Below, in pieces: positions 51,961 to 55,526 of a DNA stretch of 55,526 bases. Both the position numbers and the translations under genes were made by a program. The stretch spans positions 1-55,526 of the IMG/VR virus record IMGVR_UViG_3300022664_000329. One strand, 5' to 3'. How positions within the stretch are numbered: the first letter of the stretch is position 1; every line of letters begins with the position of its first letter. Source of the DNA: a virus. Below the pieces are notes generated by a model. That model was not told where the DNA came from, searched no databases, and saw only the letters and a list, made by a program, of their open reading frames with translations.

Positions 51961-52191
51961 TGGTGATGGTGGTTGCCGTGTAATTTTTTCAGTCCACTGC
52001 TCTATGCCGGATTTATTGCCAGGGGACGCGGGGTTGCCTTTTTGGTCTGTTTGCGAAATTGCGCAAGTTTATATCGACAAGTGTTTTTCTCTGACGATCA
52101 GGGGGGCGGGGTTGCCTTTTTTAGCAGGTGAATATTATGACTTCGGATCGTCTTTTTATTCCCTGTCAAGTTTTTTTTTGCATATTTCCAT

Positions 52192-52224
52192 ACACGTATG
52201 GACACGTATGGACACGTATGGACA
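52192..52224. repeat. Tandem 10-bp repeat (ACACGTATGG) x3.3, ~160 bp upstream of terS
   Basis: acacgtatggacacgtatggacacgtatggaca, read directly. Confidence 0.9.
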
Positions 52225-52383
52225 ATCCACGGAAGTATTTTCGTCCGCCGACCCTCTTTAAAAAAAACCGATGCTATGATTGCCGCGCTCATCGTTATCT
52301 CCTTTTCTTGCGGTGAGGCGGCACCGGGATACTGACCAACCCTGCCGCTTCACCCCTGAAATCCCAACGCTGGGCAGCAAAGG

Positions 52384-53022
52384 ATGACAGGACAGATGGC
52401 GACCAATAAAATCGTACGCAAAAAACTGGAGAAGACCGTCGAGGATCTGATTGCCGCGGGAATCTCCACGTCATCCGCCATCGCCGACGCGCTCAAGGCT
52501 CAGGGCCATTCCGTATCCCAGCCGACTGTTTCGCGCTATCTGCGGACCCTGGAGGAGCAGCGCCGGGACGAGACGATAAAACTCGTTTCCGACCACGTCC
52601 AAAAGAATGTCCCGGCCGATCTCACCGCCCTGGAGACGATGGAGGCGCAATGCCTGGACTGGGCTGGCGAAAAACAGGACGCCTTTGCGCATCGCCTGGC
52701 CGCCAAACACATTCAGGAAGCAGCGCAAGAATGGTCCGACGCCATCTTGCAACTGACCGACGCAGACCCGAAGGCGCGCGCCGAAGCCCTGGAAGTCATC
52801 GCCGGCCAATGCCTGTTGTGGATCGCCGACGATCTCAAGTTGCAGTCCGCCCGGATCGCGGCCATGAAGCAGGCGGCGGCGATCATTCAACTCAAGCTCC
52901 ACTTTGCCCTCGGCGATAAATCGGAGGGCAATATCTATTTTCTCGACGCAGAACGCGGCGACCGGATCGAACGCGACGACCAAACCGGCCGCGTCATGGT
53001 ATTTCCGGGAGGAAAAGACTGA
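52384..53022 (+). CDS. terS: Terminase small subunit (212 aa)
   Basis: Directly upstream of terL and overlapping it (TGATG). N-terminal HTH-like segment SSAIADALKAQGHSVSQPTVSRYLRTL. Confidence 0.55.
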   Translation: MTGQMATNKIVRKKLEKTVEDLIAAGISTSSAIADALKAQGHSVSQPTVSRYLRTLEEQRRDETIKLVSDHVQKNVPADLTALETMEAQCLDWAGEKQDAFAHRLAAKHIQEAAQEWSDAILQLTDADPKARAEALEVIAGQCLLWIADDLKLQSARIAAMKQAAAIIQLKLHFALGDKSEGNIYFLDAERGDRIERDDQTGRVMVFPGGKD

Positions 53023-54476
53023 TGGCGGGCGATATTGTTTTCCAGCTTTCGCAGACGCAAAGCGCCTTCGTTCATTCTCCGGCCCACATCAATCACCTGA
53101 CCGGGCCGATGGGCGAAGGAAAAACCCACTGCGCCGTGGCCCGGATGATCGCCCACGCCAACCGCTGCAAACTTTCCGTGCCGCTGCGCGCCGCGATTAT
53201 CCGCGACACGCACGTCAACATCAAGACCAGCACGGCCGTCAGCATCAAGGAAATCCTGGGCGACCGGGCGATTTTCAAGGACGACTACAAAAAACTGTTC
53301 ATCAAGGCGCGCTATCCGATCGAAGCCGACCTGTTCGGCATCGACGACGAAGCCTCCATCTCAAAACTCCAGGGTCCCCAATACGGGACCATCTGGCTGG
53401 AGGAGCCGGCGCCGATTTACGAAAAGGCCAACGCCGGACTGCCCTATGAAGTTTTCACTCTCTCCATTGCACGCTGCGGGCGCCAGTCCGGCAGCATTCC
53501 CAACCTGCAAATCACACAAAACCCGGCCGACGAGGAGCACTGGACATCCCAGTTAATCGACGAGCCCGAAGAATTCATGATCGCGGCCGACGGCACCGTC
53601 ATCACCAAAAAGACGTTTCACATCCGCCGCGGCGAAAACACCTTTCTTTCGGCCGTGCAGCGGGCCATGAACATGGCCGCGTTCAAGAACGATCCGGCCA
53701 AATACGCGCGCTATGTGGAAGGGAAAACCGCTTCCGTCATCCGCGGCAAGGCCGTGACGCCGAATTATAACGCCGATCTGCACTATGCGCAGCAGATCCA
53801 GCCCTTCTTTCCGAAGCTGGAGGCATTCCGCTGGTGGGACGGCTACCAGCATCCCTCCTGCGTCATCGCGCAGTGGAACCCGTTCGGCCAGTTGGTGATT
53901 CACGACGTGCTCACGATGGACGGCCACGGGGTGGTAGAGCTGATCACCGAAAAGCTCAACCCGCTTTTAAAAACCCCCAAATATCGCGACAAGGATGCCC
54001 CCTGGCGCGATATCGGCGACCCGAGCATGCAGACCCCCGACCAAAGCACCAGCTCCACCACAGCGGCCCGGCGCGTAGCGCAGCTGCTGTCGACACGGTT
54101 CGAGCCGGGGCCGACGCGCTGGCAACCCCGGATTCAGCCGCTCAACCACGCTTTGACCCGCCTGGTCGGCAGCGGGCGGCCGCTGATTCTGATTTCCGCC
54201 TCCGCGGCCGCGGCGCACCGCGCGCTCAAGGGCGGCTGGCACTATAAAATCGACAATAACGGGCATCAGATGGGCGATCTGCCGGTTAAAAACGAGCACG
54301 ACCACGTCGGCATGGCGATGGCCTACGGGACGGCGGTTGTGCTGCCGTACAACGCCCGCGAGCTCATCAATCCGGCCAAGAAAGGCCCGCGCGCCGACGC
54401 CGCCCTGCGCATGTCCCGGGCTCTGTCCTACGGAGCCGGCGCGCCCGCGAGCGGCGCCCGAAGGAGTTTTATATGA
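53022..54476 (+). CDS. terL: Terminase large subunit (484 aa)
   Basis: Walker A LTGPMGEGKTH, Walker B-like GTIWLEEPAP, and a C-terminal nuclease-type region. Followed by the portal gene. Confidence 0.85.
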   Translation: MAGDIVFQLSQTQSAFVHSPAHINHLTGPMGEGKTHCAVARMIAHANRCKLSVPLRAAIIRDTHVNIKTSTAVSIKEILGDRAIFKDDYKKLFIKARYPIEADLFGIDDEASISKLQGPQYGTIWLEEPAPIYEKANAGLPYEVFTLSIARCGRQSGSIPNLQITQNPADEEHWTSQLIDEPEEFMIAADGTVITKKTFHIRRGENTFLSAVQRAMNMAAFKNDPAKYARYVEGKTASVIRGKAVTPNYNADLHYAQQIQPFFPKLEAFRWWDGYQHPSCVIAQWNPFGQLVIHDVLTMDGHGVVELITEKLNPLLKTPKYRDKDAPWRDIGDPSMQTPDQSTSSTTAARRVAQLLSTRFEPGPTRWQPRIQPLNHALTRLVGSGRPLILISASAAAAHRALKGGWHYKIDNNGHQMGDLPVKNEHDHVGMAMAYGTAVVLPYNARELINPAKKGPRADAALRMSRALSYGAGAPASGARRSFI

Positions 54477-54772
54477 CAGCCGTAAAAGTCAAAGCCGGGA
54501 AAGCGTCCCGCAAAAACGACCCGTTCTGGGAAATGCGGACCGGCGGGCCTTATTCCGCGGCGGAAGGCGACGCCCGGGAAATTTTCAAATGCACGTCCTG
54601 CGGCGCCGAGACCGCGCCGGACAAAGGCTGGAACGGCGCGCCGGATAAGCATCGGTGCTCCGCCGGTTGCGCCTGCCGGACGTCGGACTGGAAGCCGGGC
54701 GGCGGCTATTCCGCCCAGGGACGAAAAAACTTTGACCGCATTTTCCCCAATGCGCCGGGAGCAGGACTGTAA
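54473..54772 (+). CDS. Small Cys-rich protein (99 aa)
   Basis: GAAGGAG SD upstream. ATGA overlap with terL. Contains CTSCG...HRCSAGCAC. Confidence 0.5.
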   Translation: MTAVKVKAGKASRKNDPFWEMRTGGPYSAAEGDAREIFKCTSCGAETAPDKGWNGAPDKHRCSAGCACRTSDWKPGGGYSAQGRKNFDRIFPNAPGAGL

Positions 54773-55526
54773 TGCCTATCTTCGACCCCATCGATCCCTC
54801 CGCCGACCTGATGAAACGCATCCGCGCCGTCCTGCGCCGGGTGTCCGCCGCCGCTCAGGGCATCGATCCCCGGGAACTTACCGAGCGCGAGGAAGCGGCC
54901 CGGGCCTACGCCGGAGAAAACGAGCAACACTTTTCGGACTATGTGCAGGACTGCATCAACCAATCGGTGAAAGCCAACGAAAACATCCGCAGCGTGCAGG
55001 CGCACTGCTGGCGGGTGTACAACGAGGACGAACCGGTCAATTACGCGCGCAAGGAAGCCTGGCAGAGCCGCATCGTCATCCCCAAACCGTTCGGCACGGT
55101 CCAATACGGCGCAAGCGCCATCAAACGCGCTTTCACGCCGAAGTTTCTCTCGGTGACGAACGCCCGCAACACGGCCGCGGGCGAGTTCTGGAAGCGGATC
55201 ATGGAGTACCAACTCAACGAGCAGCACGCGAAATTCGTGATCCGCTTTACCGACGCGACCACCATGGCGCTCGCCGTCGGCCTCAGCATGGAGATGATTC
55301 CGCGCTTTATCCCCGGCCAAGGCCTGGCGATCGAGCTGATTCCTCCCTGGCACATTCACCGCGATCCGGACGCGTCGCCGCGCGATCCGCAAAGCGGACT
55401 GTACTGGATCCACCAGGAATGGCTCGACTGGTACATTCTCAAGGAAGGCGAAAAAAAGGGCAAATATAAGAACGTGGACCGTGTCCGCGGCAGCGAGACG
55501 CCATCGCCGTCCAATCCCTGGCTCAC
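54772..55526 (+). CDS. Portal protein, N-terminal part (runs off the window end and continues at position 3 via the circular junction)
   Basis: The ATG at 54772 overlaps the upstream TAA. The frame stays open to the window end (MPIFDPIDPSADLMKRIRAVL...). It is absent from the ORF track because it has no stop inside the window. Confidence 0.6.
   Translation, partial: MPIFDPIDPSADLMKRIRAVLRRVSAAAQGIDPRELTEREEAARAYAGENEQHFSDYVQDCINQSVKANENIRSVQAHCWRVYNEDEPVNYARKEAWQSRIVIPKPFGTVQYGASAIKRAFTPKFLSVTNARNTAAGEFWKRIMEYQLNEQHAKFVIRFTDATTMALAVGLSMEMIPRFIPGQGLAIELIPPWHIHRDPDASPRDPQSGLYWIHQEWLDWYILKEGEKKGKYKNVDRVRGSETPSPSNPWL
55400..55526. repeat. Terminal overlap, identical to 1-127
   Basis: See the first feature. 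Confidence 0.95.

Noticed and set aside
51764-52261. 165-aa plus-strand ORF in the region upstream of terS
   Set aside because: The translation is dominated by Arg/Pro/Gly runs (RRPGRPPEGKTGDGRRRRFRARRQPD). It crosses the C10 tract and AT-rich repeats and has no SD. It is treated as non-coding.

Overview
The first 127 nt are identical to the last 127 nt, so this window is a closed circular element with 55,399 bp of unique sequence. It reads as a complete temperate dsDNA phage genome, GC-rich by eye, with strong AGGAGG-type ribosome-binding sites. Almost all genes are on the + strand. Gene order on the circle: terS, terL, portal (which spans the junction), scaffold, major capsid, small virion proteins, a DUF2341/LamG tail fibre, and tail proteins in a T7 gp11/gp12-like arrangement with no tape-measure gene. 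Next come putative internal virion proteins, a membrane-protein moron, and one 18,288-nt ORF of 6,095 aa that takes up 33% of the genome. That ORF is a polyvalent, DarB-like protein with N6-adenine methyltransferase, SNF2/DEAH helicase, HExxH peptidase-like and RadC/JAB motifs. After it come a second fibre-like gene, holin and GH24 endolysin, a divergent cI/cro-like switch, early genes, an AEP-primase/D5-helicase with scattered gene fragments, and a DHH phosphoesterase. The accessory end holds an AT-rich block that has the structure of an integron gene-cassette array but no integron integrase. It is followed by xis, a tyrosine integrase, an attP containing the 3' half of a tRNA-Lys(UUU), a small serine recombinase flanked by iteron-like repeats, and an ~840-bp non-coding region upstream of terS. 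The most unusual observations are: (1) the phage-borne attC cassette array; (2) small, apparently genuine genes with their own SD, and one consensus promoter, lying in the +1 frame inside the giant ORF at domain junctions; (3) a duplicated promoter-dyad-terminator module bracketing the giant gene. All functional calls come from motif recognition and synteny by eye. No database search was run.
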